Shown: piece after piece, positions 9,072 to 18,830 of the stretch
How the letters are laid out: every line of letters starts with the position of its first letter
Position numbering within the stretch: the stretch's first letter is position 1
Virus record (IMG/VR): IMGVR_UViG_3300022848_000005
Reading direction: 5' to 3' (one strand)
Origin: a virus
Taxonomy: Duplodnaviria > Caudoviricetes
DNA: 64,000 nt
The notes under the pieces: model-generated
The model's database searches: none
Told to the model about the DNA's origin: nothing
The model's input: the letters and a program-made list of their open reading frames with translations, nothing else
Position numbers and translations under genes: made by a program

Positions 9072-11366
9072 ATGAGCAAAATTTTAGTAACGAAACGAGA
9101 AGGTCACAAAGAACCTCTAAACATAGAAAAAATGCATAAAGTTGTCATGTGGGCAACCGACGGAATTACAGGCGTAAGTGCCAGCGAAGTGGAAATAAAA
9201 TCAAGCCTACAGTTTTATGATGGTATTAAGACATCAGATGTCCAGGAAACACTTATTAAAAGTGCCGCTGATCTTATTTCAGAGGAGAACCCTAACTACC
9301 AGTATGTTGCTGGTAGGCTAATAAACTATCATATCAGAAAACAAGTTTATAACGATTACGATCCCTGGGACCTAAAGCGTATTGTGGAAGCAAACGTGAA
9401 ACGTGGCTATTATGATAGTGAATTGTTAGAGGTATACTCAACTGAAGAATGGAAAAAGTTAAACAGTTACATTAATCACGAGCGAGATGAAAACTTTACC
9501 TATGTTGCTATGGAACAGTTTAGGGGAAAATATCTTGTACAGAATCGTGTAACTAAAGATTTGTACGAAACTCCACAAGTGTGTTACATGTTAATTGCGG
9601 CAACCCTGTTCCAAAACTATCCTAAAGAAACAAGATTACAATGGGTACATGATTATTACGATGCTATTAGTACCCACTTGATTAGTTTACCAACTCCTGT
9701 TATGGCAGGTGTACGCACACCGCAAAAACAATTCAGCAGTTGTGTATTAATCGAAACAGATGACAGTCTAGATAGTATTAATGCAACAGCGAGTGCTATT
9801 GTAAAATATGTTTCGCAAAAGGCAGGTATTGGCATCGGCGCAGGTCGCATCCGTGCTATTAACTCACCAGTGCGTAATGGTGATGCGTCCCACACAGGTG
9901 TTATCCCGTTTCTTAAATTATTCCAGAGTGCAGTGAAGTCATGTAGTCAGGGCGGGGTTCGTGGTGGAGCGGCAACAATATACTATCCATTATGGCACCT
10001 AGAAGTAGAAGATTTGTTAGTATTAAAGAACAACAAAGGCACAGAAGATAACAGAGTACGCCACATGGATTATGGGGTTCAATTTAACAAATTAATGTAC
10101 GAAAGACTTATCCAAGGGGGAGATATTACCCTGTTTTCGCCCAACGATGTACCGGAATTGTACGAAGCATTCTATGTTAACGCCGACAAGTTTAAAGAGT
10201 TGTATGAGCAAGCAGAGCGTAAAACAAGTATACGCAAAAAGAAAGTTAAAGCAATTGATCTGTTTACTGCCTTTATGCAAGAACGCAAGGATACAGGGCG
10301 TGTCTACTTAATGAACGTTGACCATGCTAATACACACTCACCGTTTAAACCAGATGTAGCACCTATTAGGCAGAGTAACTTATGTTGCGAAATTGACTTG
10401 CCTACTAAACCTCTTAAAAGTTTTGAGGATCCAGACGGTAGAATAGCATTATGTACACTAAGTGCAATTAACTGGGGTGCTATTAAGACACCTGAAGATT
10501 TTGAGAAACCCTGTAGGTTAGCAGTACGTGGATTAGATGCCTTACTGAGCTATCAGGGATATCCAGTAAAGGCGGCAGAAGAAGCAACCCGAGAATACAG
10601 ACCACTAGGTGTGGGTATTATTAATCTTGCTTACTGGTTAGCAAAGAACGACACGAGCTACAGTGATCCTCGAGCATTGGAATTAGTAGATCAATATGCA
10701 GAAGCATGGAGTTACTATTTAATTAGAGCAAGCATGGAACTTGCTAAAGAATTTGGTCGATGTGATGGGTTCCAAAACTTAAAGTATGCAGATGGCATAC
10801 TACCAATCGATACTTACAAACGTGATGTGGATGAACTTGTTAAGCCCAAAAAACGACAGTTTGATTGGGACTACTTGCGCAAAGAGATTAAAGAACATGG
10901 TATACGTAATGCAACCCTAATGGCATTGATGCCTGCAGAAACGAGTGCTCAGATTAGTAATGCTACTAATGGTATTGAGCCACCACGTAGTTTTGTTAGC
11001 GTTAAGCAGAGCAAGGACGGGGTACTTAAGCAGGTAGTGCCTGAGTATCGTCGACTTAAGAATAAATATGAATTGCTGTGGGATCAAAGAGATCCAACTG
11101 GTTACATAAAAATCATGGCAGTATTACAGAAGTACATCGATCAAGGTATTAGTGTTAACACCAGTTACAATCCACAGTGGTATGAAGATGAAAAGATACC
11201 AATGAGTGATATGCTAAAACATCTTATGATGTTTTATAAGTACGGTGGCAAGCAGTTGTATTACTTCAACACCTATGATGGTCAAGGTGAAATAGATGTT
11301 AATAAACTAGAAGAACTACAACCTGGTGAGTTAGATGACGAAGCCTGCGAAAGTTGCGTAATATAA
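9072..11366 (+). CDS. nrdA: Ribonucleotide reductase class Ia alpha subunit with ATP cone
   Basis: VTKREG ATP cone, FSSCVL, QGGVRGG, SNLCCEI, PAETSAQ and C-terminal CESC; uninterrupted 764 aa. Confidence 0.98.
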   Translation: MSKILVTKREGHKEPLNIEKMHKVVMWATDGITGVSASEVEIKSSLQFYDGIKTSDVQETLIKSAADLISEENPNYQYVAGRLINYHIRKQVYNDYDPWDLKRIVEANVKRGYYDSELLEVYSTEEWKKLNSYINHERDENFTYVAMEQFRGKYLVQNRVTKDLYETPQVCYMLIAATLFQNYPKETRLQWVHDYYDAISTHLISLPTPVMAGVRTPQKQFSSCVLIETDDSLDSINATASAIVKYVSQKAGIGIGAGRIRAINSPVRNGDASHTGVIPFLKLFQSAVKSCSQGGVRGGAATIYYPLWHLEVEDLLVLKNNKGTEDNRVRHMDYGVQFNKLMYERLIQGGDITLFSPNDVPELYEAFYVNADKFKELYEQAERKTSIRKKKVKAIDLFTAFMQERKDTGRVYLMNVDHANTHSPFKPDVAPIRQSNLCCEIDLPTKPLKSFEDPDGRIALCTLSAINWGAIKTPEDFEKPCRLAVRGLDALLSYQGYPVKAAEEATREYRPLGVGIINLAYWLAKNDTSYSDPRALELVDQYAEAWSYYLIRASMELAKEFGRCDGFQNLKYADGILPIDTYKRDVDELVKPKKRQFDWDYLRKEIKEHGIRNATLMALMPAETSAQISNATNGIEPPRSFVSVKQSKDGVLKQVVPEYRRLKNKYELLWDQRDPTGYIKIMAVLQKYIDQGISVNTSYNPQWYEDEKIPMSDMLKHLMMFYKYGGKQLYYFNTYDGQGEIDVNKLEELQPGELDDEACESCVI

Positions 11367-11379
11367 CCCGAGTGTAATT

Positions 11380-12510
11380 ATGAGCGTTTTTAATATACAG
11401 AAAAAAGATAACCACCTTAAGGCTTTGGCATTCTTAGACCCCAACGGTGGCAGTAGTGTGCAACGATATGACACCGTAAAATATAGACAGTTTGAAAAGT
11501 TAACTGATAAGCAGTTAGGGTTCTTCTGGCGCCCAGAAGAAGTTGATGTAATGCGTGACTCCAAAGACTTTAAAGACTTAACATCACACGAGCAACACAT
11601 CTTTACCAGTAATCTTAAGAGGCAAATTTTATTAGACAGTGTTCAAGGACGCTCTCCTAATTTAGCATTCCTGCCACTATGCACAATTCCAGAACTTGAA
11701 ACCTGGATCCAGACATGGGCGTTTAACGAAACAATTCACAGCCGTAGTTACACACATATTATTCGCAATGTGTACAGCGATCCTGCGAAAGTGTTTGATA
11801 GTATAACTGACATTAAGGAGATTGTGACCTGCGCAGAAGCAATTACAGGTTACTACGATGACCTTATTAACTACTCACAGTTTTATGGTTTACTGGGAGA
11901 AGGAAACCATATTGTTAATGGTAAGAAATATGACATTAACAAGTATGAACTTAAGAAGAAACTATGGTTAGCCATTAACAGTGTTAATGCGCTGGAAGGC
12001 ATACGCTTCTATGTATCGTTTGCATGCAGTTGGGCATTTGCTGAACTTAAAAAGATGGAAGGTAATGCTAAAATTATTAAGTTTATCGCCCGTGATGAGA
12101 ATGTCCACTTGGCAAGTACACAGACTTTACTTAAGATATTGCCTACAGATGACAAAGACTTTGCTAAAATTAAAAAAGAGTGTGAGCATCTAGTAACAGA
12201 TATTTTTGTTAGTGCAGTGGAACAAGAGACTTCCTGGGCAGAATATTTGTTTAAAGACGGATCAATGATAGGTCTTAATAAACAACTACTAACAGAATAT
12301 GTTGAGTGGTTGGCAAACAAACGCATGACTTCTATTGGTGTATATTCACCATACAAAGTAGGACAAAGTAATCCTTTACCTTGGACACAAAAATGGATTG
12401 CAGGAGCAGAAGTACAAGTAGCACCGCAAGAAGTTGAACTGAGTAGTTATGTTATTGGTGGTACTAAACAAGACGTTGACGAAGATACCTTTAAGGGCAT
12501 AACTCTGTGA
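11380..12510 (+). CDS. nrdB: Ribonucleotide reductase class Ia beta subunit
   Basis: FFWRPEEVD, ETIHSRSY, LEGIRFYVSFACS, IARDENVH and VAPQEVE..SY motifs. Confidence 0.98.
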   Translation: MSVFNIQKKDNHLKALAFLDPNGGSSVQRYDTVKYRQFEKLTDKQLGFFWRPEEVDVMRDSKDFKDLTSHEQHIFTSNLKRQILLDSVQGRSPNLAFLPLCTIPELETWIQTWAFNETIHSRSYTHIIRNVYSDPAKVFDSITDIKEIVTCAEAITGYYDDLINYSQFYGLLGEGNHIVNGKKYDINKYELKKKLWLAINSVNALEGIRFYVSFACSWAFAELKKMEGNAKIIKFIARDENVHLASTQTLLKILPTDDKDFAKIKKECEHLVTDIFVSAVEQETSWAEYLFKDGSMIGLNKQLLTEYVEWLANKRMTSIGVYSPYKVGQSNPLPWTQKWIAGAEVQVAPQEVELSSYVIGGTKQDVDEDTFKGITL

Positions 12511-13373
12511 AGGTTGCTCGAGCGTTATTTGTTGCGTGGTATAGGATACCACACGCTTGTCTAAGTCTACAGTTTGATCACTATATCAAAGGTATAGATG
12601 AAACATACATATTCACAAATTGTGAAAATACTGAGGCTAACCCATTCTTAGATAGAGTTTTATCCAAGTATCTAGACACATCAAAATTTAAATATGTGTT
12701 TGATGGCGAAATGGATAGTCTATATCCCAGTGTGCGTAACTGGTGGATACCTGGTGATTATAGGAACAGTTGGTTGTACCAACAAGCATTAAAACTTGCC
12801 AGTTTAGATTACATAGATGCAGACGTAATCCTTATACAAGATCCAGATACATTCTGTATTAATCCATATAACTTGTGGGAAGGTGACCTACTTAAGTATT
12901 TTATACTACCCAACGAGACTCACAGTCTTGCTTACTACCAAACACTGCAAAATGCATTAGGTATTGAGAGACAAGTGCCACACAGTTTTGTTACAGAATT
13001 CATGCCAGTATATAAAGAGGACTGGCTAAGTCTCAAGCATGAGCTCATAGCAAGAAATAACTGCGATCCGTTTGATGCGATAATTAATAATGTTCCTGAG
13101 GATCCACTCAGTGTTCCTACTCCAAACATAAAATGGTTTAGTGAGTATGAGCTACTGGGTAACTGGATTATGACACAACGTGAAGTTGCTCTAATGGAAC
13201 AAAAACGTTATAGTTACACACATATAGACGATATTGCTAACACAACAGCGGAAGATCACAATTGTATATGTGATGCTTGTCCAAATTTAGAAGACAGTAT
13301 CGTATTTGACAATAACGAAGAAATAGTCATAAATTTTGATGAAATATTTGGAAAGGTTAAAAAATTCTTATGA
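12507..13373 (+). CDS. Glycosyltransferase-like protein (DUF6492-like)
   Basis: WLYQQALKLA, a D.D-type QDPD motif and FSEYELLGNW. Confidence 0.55.
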   Translation: MKVARALFVAWYRIPHACLSLQFDHYIKGIDETYIFTNCENTEANPFLDRVLSKYLDTSKFKYVFDGEMDSLYPSVRNWWIPGDYRNSWLYQQALKLASLDYIDADVILIQDPDTFCINPYNLWEGDLLKYFILPNETHSLAYYQTLQNALGIERQVPHSFVTEFMPVYKEDWLSLKHELIARNNCDPFDAIINNVPEDPLSVPTPNIKWFSEYELLGNWIMTQREVALMEQKRYSYTHIDDIANTTAEDHNCICDACPNLEDSIVFDNNEEIVINFDEIFGKVKKFL

Positions 13374-13630
13374 TAACAATGTACACAAAAGATCATTGCC
13401 CTTTTTGTCAGTATGCGAAAGCCTGGCTAGAGAAGGCAGATATCACATTCGAAGAGAAAAATATTAGTCATAGTCAAGAACTAAGTTCTTGGTTAAAGGA
13501 ACAGGGCCATAGAACAGTGCCACAACTATACGTAAAAGATACATTGCTGGTAGAAGGTGGTTACCAAGGACTAGCAAAGTTAGATGAAAACACAGTTAAA
13601 CAGAAAATTAAGGAAATAAATGCTAATTAA
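13370..13630 (+). CDS. grx: Glutaredoxin
   Basis: CPFC active site, TVPQ and GGY motifs; next to nrdAB. Confidence 0.92.
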   Translation: MITMYTKDHCPFCQYAKAWLEKADITFEEKNISHSQELSSWLKEQGHRTVPQLYVKDTLLVEGGYQGLAKLDENTVKQKIKEINAN

Positions 13631-13919
13631 TACGCCAGAATATAACAAAGGTGACATCGCTACATTTATGTTAGTTACCGGTCAGGAATGCATCGCACGA
13701 GTAGAAGAGTGCCAGGACGACGGATTTTTAGTAGCAAAACCACTGACCTTAATGCCTAGCGGGCAAGGGATGGCTATGGTACAATTGGGTATGACAGCGC
13801 AAATAAATACAGTAGTGCTAAAGAATCAGCATATTGTGTTTCATGGACCAACAGCCAAAGAAGCCGCTGACGGATATTTACAAAGCACCTCGGGTATACA
13901 AATAGTTAAAGGAGTATAG
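13620..13919 (+). CDS. Sm/LSm-like fold conserved phage protein
   Basis: LVTGQECIARVE...KPLTL pattern typical of this T4-like phage family. Confidence 0.5.
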   Translation: MLINTPEYNKGDIATFMLVTGQECIARVEECQDDGFLVAKPLTLMPSGQGMAMVQLGMTAQINTVVLKNQHIVFHGPTAKEAADGYLQSTSGIQIVKGV

Positions 13920-14207
13920 ATGCCAGCAACATCTAGAAGGTCAGATGTTAATTCACACGGCGGCACAATTGTGGGTGTAGTGGTTGAATCTGTAATTGTT
14001 GAAGGACAAGCCTGTGCAGTTATAGGATCTACATTAACACCTGATTCTCTATGCCCACCAGTCGGTGGCGCCCATTGTGGTCCTGTGGTTGTATCAGGTA
14101 GTGGCACAGTAAATGCAGGCGGCCGACCGGTAACAAGAATAGGTGATTCGAATAACTGTGGTGCATCAAATGCAAGTGGTGCGGGCTCAGTAATTACAGG
14201 CGGATAA
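13920..14207 (+). CDS. PAAR-motif spike-tip protein (gp5.4-like)
   Basis: SHGG, G.PV.RIGD, H and C ligands; 95 aa. Confidence 0.85.
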   Translation: MPATSRRSDVNSHGGTIVGVVVESVIVEGQACAVIGSTLTPDSLCPPVGGAHCGPVVVSGSGTVNAGGRPVTRIGDSNNCGASNASGAGSVITGG

Positions 14208-15866
14208 ATGACACAACCAAGCACATTAACAGCAACGCAAGGATTGTTAGCCGATGGCGGCTTAGACAATGCTTTTGTGAATACGCTGTTTGCTGCCATG
14301 TACAGTACTGATATTATATCTAAAGCACAGGCGGCTATAACAGATGCTAATGCAGTGAGCGTAGATATAAGTGACCTAGGCAATAATATTATGCCAGGGC
14401 TAGTGGGAAATATACCAAGTGCATACACTACCGTAACACCCACAGGTAGTTTACGTACGGCATATTATAACCATGCTACAACACTATTTGCTTCAGGTGA
14501 CATCTCAGGCTTTGGACAGTTTTTTATGCAAGCGTCTGGGTATGCAACTCAGTGCTTTCGCATAATCAAGGACGCAACAAAAAAGAATACAACTGATTTG
14601 TCTGACTACGGCGCCAAGGTTTCAAAGCAAAGTGACATCAGTACAGGTGGATTAACTGGGTTTTTAACTGTGAACTCGCAAGAAAACTTAACAAAACTAG
14701 GCAATGATTTTATTGCTATGGGAACTGTATTTGATTACAAGGATTTGGAGTTATACGGCACAGCAAGAGGATTAGCAAAACAATTAATAGACGCAGAATT
14801 GCCTCTGTCAGACCCAATTAAAACCTGGATATCTGGTCTTAATCTAGTTGATGAAATAGATTATTATGATGAACAATATGAAGACATACTCTATGATGTA
14901 CTATCTCTGATAGCAATAGACTCCTCTTTTTATCAGACATTTCAGTACACTCCCAACGAACGATTGGAAAACGTAGTTGATGTATTGTTGCCTTCGACGG
15001 CTCTACGTACATCTTCAGATTTAGTAACATTTAGTAGTTTTACCGAAGTGGCACAAGCATTAAACACATTTACATTTTTAAAACTTCAAGATAATATTGC
15101 ATTTGGAAACACCATTAGGCAAGTTACCACTTCAGGACCACTTGCTAATTTAGATGTTGTTACTACTCCTATACAAACAACAACTTTTACTGCCCTGTTA
15201 GCACAACTAGGAACAGGTAGTGGGCTGTATGGACAACCAACTTTAAGAGATATTATAGGTCCTGTATCAGGCTGGCTACTTGAAGCACGTTTAACTCGTA
15301 TTGCCACCGCCTTAACTGTTATAAGTGCAAGCTCAGATGGACTTAATCTAATATCAGGATATGAGCGCATCACTAATGTAGCAACAGATGTATATGGGGA
15401 ACCAGACGGGTCAACACTGTCAGTAATAGTACCAGCAGGTGTTGGTGCAGGATCATATGGCTCTTATTCGGATGCTATAAGTGCTATCGAAACAGGGCTA
15501 GACGCCTACTACAACAACTTGCGTTCTTTTCTTGCGATTGGCAGTCTGGAACTCAGAGAAGCCTGCGAAACTGTACACACAGATTACGATGCTATAGCAA
15601 AACAAGTTTCAGACTCAAAGTCATTATTGTCTAAAGCTGGTATAGATACAGCACAATTCTCATCAAATAAAAACACTATTCTTGCGTTTGCCGGGTCACT
15701 TGAATCTTTCGGTGTTGATCTTGATGATCTGGGAACTAGGGATATATTGTTAGGCATGGTCGAATCAAACATAACAGGTGATGCAATCAAATCAAGTGTA
15801 TACTCTGGACAAAATCAGACAGTTCTGACGACTGCGGGCATAATACCAAACGCAATGCAAGGTTGA
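14208..15866 (+). CDS. Large hypothetical virion (baseplate/tail) protein
   Basis: 552 aa, Thr/Ser/Ala/Gly-rich, directly after the PAAR gene. Confidence 0.5.
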   Translation: MTQPSTLTATQGLLADGGLDNAFVNTLFAAMYSTDIISKAQAAITDANAVSVDISDLGNNIMPGLVGNIPSAYTTVTPTGSLRTAYYNHATTLFASGDISGFGQFFMQASGYATQCFRIIKDATKKNTTDLSDYGAKVSKQSDISTGGLTGFLTVNSQENLTKLGNDFIAMGTVFDYKDLELYGTARGLAKQLIDAELPLSDPIKTWISGLNLVDEIDYYDEQYEDILYDVLSLIAIDSSFYQTFQYTPNERLENVVDVLLPSTALRTSSDLVTFSSFTEVAQALNTFTFLKLQDNIAFGNTIRQVTTSGPLANLDVVTTPIQTTTFTALLAQLGTGSGLYGQPTLRDIIGPVSGWLLEARLTRIATALTVISASSDGLNLISGYERITNVATDVYGEPDGSTLSVIVPAGVGAGSYGSYSDAISAIETGLDAYYNNLRSFLAIGSLELREACETVHTDYDAIAKQVSDSKSLLSKAGIDTAQFSSNKNTILAFAGSLESFGVDLDDLGTRDILLGMVESNITGDAIKSSVYSGQNQTVLTTAGIIPNAMQG

Positions 15867-15891
15867 CAAGCTAGCCGAGCGGTTATATAAT
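15863..15891 (+). promoter_or_regulatory. sigma70-type early promoter
   Basis: TTGACA-N17-TATAAT. Confidence 0.75.
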
Positions 15892-15921
15892 TACACTATA
15901 TACTTACAAAAGGATGCGGAG

Positions 15922-16482
15922 ATGAGGGTTTACGCTACACTTAGTGCAGGAATATTGAGTTTACTGGCTTTCTTAGTAGTAGTACAACAACAACAAGTAC
16001 AGCATGTGGTATCACATGTACCGGTAGTCGACTTAAAGTATTATAACAAAGAGCAATTAGGGTGCCTCTACCAAAACATATACCACGAAGCACGTAATCA
16101 ACCCAGAGCAGGGCAGTTGGCAGTAATGTATGTAACACTTAACCGTGTTACTGACCATCGGTATCCTAACACAATATGTGAAGTAGTGATGCAAGGTCCT
16201 CATCAACCTAGTTGGAAAAGCATAAAAAAACTAGTACCCGTCAAACATCAGTGCCAATTTAGTTGGTACTGTGATGGCAAGTCAGATACATTAATTAATT
16301 CTGCATCATTTGGTGCTATTAAGATGTTAGTGGGCGACGTATTATTGGGTAAAACACAGATGATAGACATAACTGACGGTGCAACCCATTACCATGCTAC
16401 CTATGTGAGTCCATCGTGGGCCCGTACTATAACAAAGACGGTAGCAATCGAGGATCATATTTTTTACCGTTGGGAAAACTAG
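15922..16482 (+). CDS. SleB-like cell wall hydrolase (Hydrolase_2) with N-terminal membrane anchor
   Basis: CL..NIYHEAR, V.LNRV, YPNTICEVV, CQFSW, GATHYHA and IEDHIFY motifs. Confidence 0.9.
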   Translation: MRVYATLSAGILSLLAFLVVVQQQQVQHVVSHVPVVDLKYYNKEQLGCLYQNIYHEARNQPRAGQLAVMYVTLNRVTDHRYPNTICEVVMQGPHQPSWKSIKKLVPVKHQCQFSWYCDGKSDTLINSASFGAIKMLVGDVLLGKTQMIDITDGATHYHATYVSPSWARTITKTVAIEDHIFYRWEN

Positions 16483-16745
16483 TACGTCAAAGTAAAGTAC
16501 AAGATGTCGTCCTCATCATCTAAAAATATCAGGTATTCGCCCTGGGATCGCCAGGGAGTGTGTTGCCATGCCCAACGACCGTTGGCATGTTCCATAAACC
16601 ATTTAAAGCACTTTATGGATTTTTCTTCGCCTTGTATTAAACGACAGAATCGGTAACCACCTTCGCTTGTTCTAATTCGGTGGTCTGCGAGATGCCCGGC
16701 ACGTAATGTGTTAAGTATTGACATATGAATAGAATGACTGTACAC
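16479..16745 (-). CDS. Hypothetical protein
   Basis: Convergent ORF with a TAAATA-type element upstream on the - strand (near 16746-16751). Confidence 0.5.
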   Translation of the reverse strand: MYSHSIHMSILNTLRAGHLADHRIRTSEGGYRFCRLIQGEEKSIKCFKWFMEHANGRWAWQHTPWRSQGEYLIFLDDEDDILYFTLTY

Positions 16746-16777
16746 TATTTACATATAAAAACTATTAGAGGGGAAAA

Positions 16778-16921
16778 ATGACTTCAGTAATTAACAGGCT
16801 AAAAAAACGTAATCCGTATGCAAAAGAATTGCTAAATCGGCAGGGTCCTTACAAGGCTAAAGTAGAGCAAGATCGTACCAAGCATACTCGTAAAACTAAG
16901 CATAAGAACCAGGAGCTCTAA
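16778..16921 (+). CDS. 47-aa basic peptide, ArfA-like
   Basis: Not in the ORF track. MTSVINRLKKRNPYAKELLNRQGPYKAKVEQDRTKHTRKTKHKNQEL, with GAGGGG RBS. Confidence 0.55.
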   Translation: MTSVINRLKKRNPYAKELLNRQGPYKAKVEQDRTKHTRKTKHKNQEL

Positions 16922-17028
16922 TGTCAGATCAATGGGCATGTAGTGGTGGCAAAGAATCATGGGATGGACATCCATTGGTGTATATACCAAATGGTGAGTC
17001 TTGTCCTTACTGTGGAGAGAAAAAATGA
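16921..17028 (+). CDS. 35-aa zinc-finger (zf-CHCC-like) peptide
   Basis: Not in the ORF track. C-S-G-G...GHPLVY...CPYCG; coupled to its neighbours by TAATG/ATGA overlaps. Confidence 0.65.
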   Translation: MSDQWACSGGKESWDGHPLVYIPNGESCPYCGEKK

Positions 17029-17231
17029 CTGATAAAAAACTAGATGAAGATTGGGACGATGAAGAACTTGTAGACTTTGACGAAGAACTATTGCCAGGAC
17101 TACAGGACATGCTTGCCAGCATTGCGGCAAACACATACGATACTCACAAGAAGTTTTGGTATGCAGATAATATATCTCAAGAGCAACGAGACCTATACAT
17201 GTATTTGCCAAGAAATCGACAAGAACATTAA
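17025..17231 (+). CDS. Small acidic hypothetical protein
   Basis: MTDKKLDEDWDDEEL...; ATGA overlap with the previous ORF. Confidence 0.5.
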   Translation: MTDKKLDEDWDDEELVDFDEELLPGLQDMLASIAANTYDTHKKFWYADNISQEQRDLYMYLPRNRQEH

Positions 17232-17242
17232 ATACTCATACT

Positions 17243-18610
17243 ATGATTTTTGCCGCATTTATATTAACTGTTGCACTTGCTATTAGCGGTATTGCCGCTT
17301 TTTATAGCATTATCGGGCTTATAGCAATATTTGCCGCGGCTGCCGTACCTGTTATTGTTATGGGCGGAGCACTTGAAACTGGTAAGATTGTTGCTACAGT
17401 TTGGTTACACCAAAATTGGAAACGAATGCCGGTGGCATTCAAACTTTATCTAATACCTGCAATTGCTATATTGATGTTTGTTACCAGTATGGGTATCTTT
17501 GGTTTCTTATCCAAAGCACATATCGAACAGACTGCAATGAGCGATGAGCAACGTGCAGAAGTAACTCAGTTAGCAAGTAAAATAATCAGAAGTGAGGCTA
17601 AGATTGCTAGATGGAACACAGAACTTGGCAGACTCAGTAAAGGTGAAGATCAGCGTGTAGATAATCTGGTAGACCGGAACCAAGACACACTTAACGAAGT
17701 ACGGGGACAGATTACTCAGGAAAAAGCAAATGCTCGTACTGATGCAGAGAAACAAATAGCATTACAGCAAAAGCGTTTAGAGCAAGCCTTAGATCGTAAA
17801 GACGCAGACATCAAAGCGGCACAGGTCAGAAAGACAGCAGACATTGCGGCCGCACAGGCTAGATATCAAAACTCCTTTAATAAAAAAGGGCTAGACGACG
17901 CAATAAAAGAAGCCCAGACAACTGAACTAGCAACAACAGAAACAGCAAAACGCAACGAACTAAGTGTTGCCAGCGCCGCCCAACGTGAAATTAAAAACAT
18001 CAACACAACACTGAATACTCGTCTTAATACGATCGACCAAAAGTATGCTGATGGTTTAGCATCAACAAATGCTAGAATACAAAATTTGCGTAATGCCGCT
18101 ACTACTAAAACAGATGACATAGACGGCAAAATAGATGAATTTGAAAACCTAGTAGATTCTGAACAGTTGGAAATAGACAAACTTAATGAAGAAATTGCTG
18201 TCTACGAAAAGGAATATCGTAAACTAGAAGCAGAAGTAGGTCCAATTAAGTATGTTGCCGCAGTAATTTACGGTGACAATCCTGATGTTAATATGTTGGA
18301 ACGTGCTGTTCGTTGGGTAATTTTACTGCTGGTTGTGGTATTTGATCCATTGGCACTTACACTGATACTTGCCGCAACCAAACAATTCCAATGGGCTAGA
18401 GAGGAAAAACAGAGTCCCACACATGCACACAGAGAGTACACTAAAGAAGATGATGATCTTATGAATGAAATGTACCCTCCGAATATAGAACCTGAAGTAA
18501 AAATTGAAAGGGTCTATGTTGAGGCAAACGTAGACACTTCCATGCCTGCAGATGTAGCAGATCTAGAGGGTAACGTTAATGATAAACTAAGGAAAAAGAA
18601 TAATGGCTAA
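17243..18610 (+). CDS. Membrane-anchored long coiled-coil protein
   Basis: N-terminal TM helices, a long coiled coil, then LEAEVGPIKY and VVVFDPLAL TM motif. Confidence 0.7.
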   Translation: MIFAAFILTVALAISGIAAFYSIIGLIAIFAAAAVPVIVMGGALETGKIVATVWLHQNWKRMPVAFKLYLIPAIAILMFVTSMGIFGFLSKAHIEQTAMSDEQRAEVTQLASKIIRSEAKIARWNTELGRLSKGEDQRVDNLVDRNQDTLNEVRGQITQEKANARTDAEKQIALQQKRLEQALDRKDADIKAAQVRKTADIAAAQARYQNSFNKKGLDDAIKEAQTTELATTETAKRNELSVASAAQREIKNINTTLNTRLNTIDQKYADGLASTNARIQNLRNAATTKTDDIDGKIDEFENLVDSEQLEIDKLNEEIAVYEKEYRKLEAEVGPIKYVAAVIYGDNPDVNMLERAVRWVILLLVVVFDPLALTLILAATKQFQWAREEKQSPTHAHREYTKEDDDLMNEMYPPNIEPEVKIERVYVEANVDTSMPADVADLEGNVNDKLRKKNNG

Positions 18611-18830
18611 GCCACAACAGGAAATTGATGGAATTTGGGCAAAGTATAAGAATACCCTGGCACAACTCAACGAGGTATTGGACGATAATGAAGCACTGAA
18701 AAATGAACTCAACGAGGCTTTGGACGAGAATGAAGCACTGAAAAGTGAACTTGATCTTGACTTTACAATGCCAGCAGATATTGCAGAACTAGAAGCAAAA
18801 ATCAATTCACGTTTAGGAACAGATGCATAA
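18603..18830 (+). CDS. Small coiled-coil protein with internal 14-aa duplication
   Basis: LNEVLDDNEALKNE / LNEALDENEALKSE. Confidence 0.55.
   Translation: MAKPQQEIDGIWAKYKNTLAQLNEVLDDNEALKNELNEALDENEALKSELDLDFTMPADIAELEAKINSRLGTDA
18664..18747 (+). repeat. Two 42-bp tandem repeats
   Basis: aactcaacgaggtattggacgataatgaagcactgaaaaatg and aactcaacgaggctttggacgagaatgaagcactgaaaagtg. Confidence 0.9.

Noticed and set aside
9072-12510. Introns or inteins in nrdA/nrdB
   Set aside because: Both ORFs are uninterrupted and of normal length.
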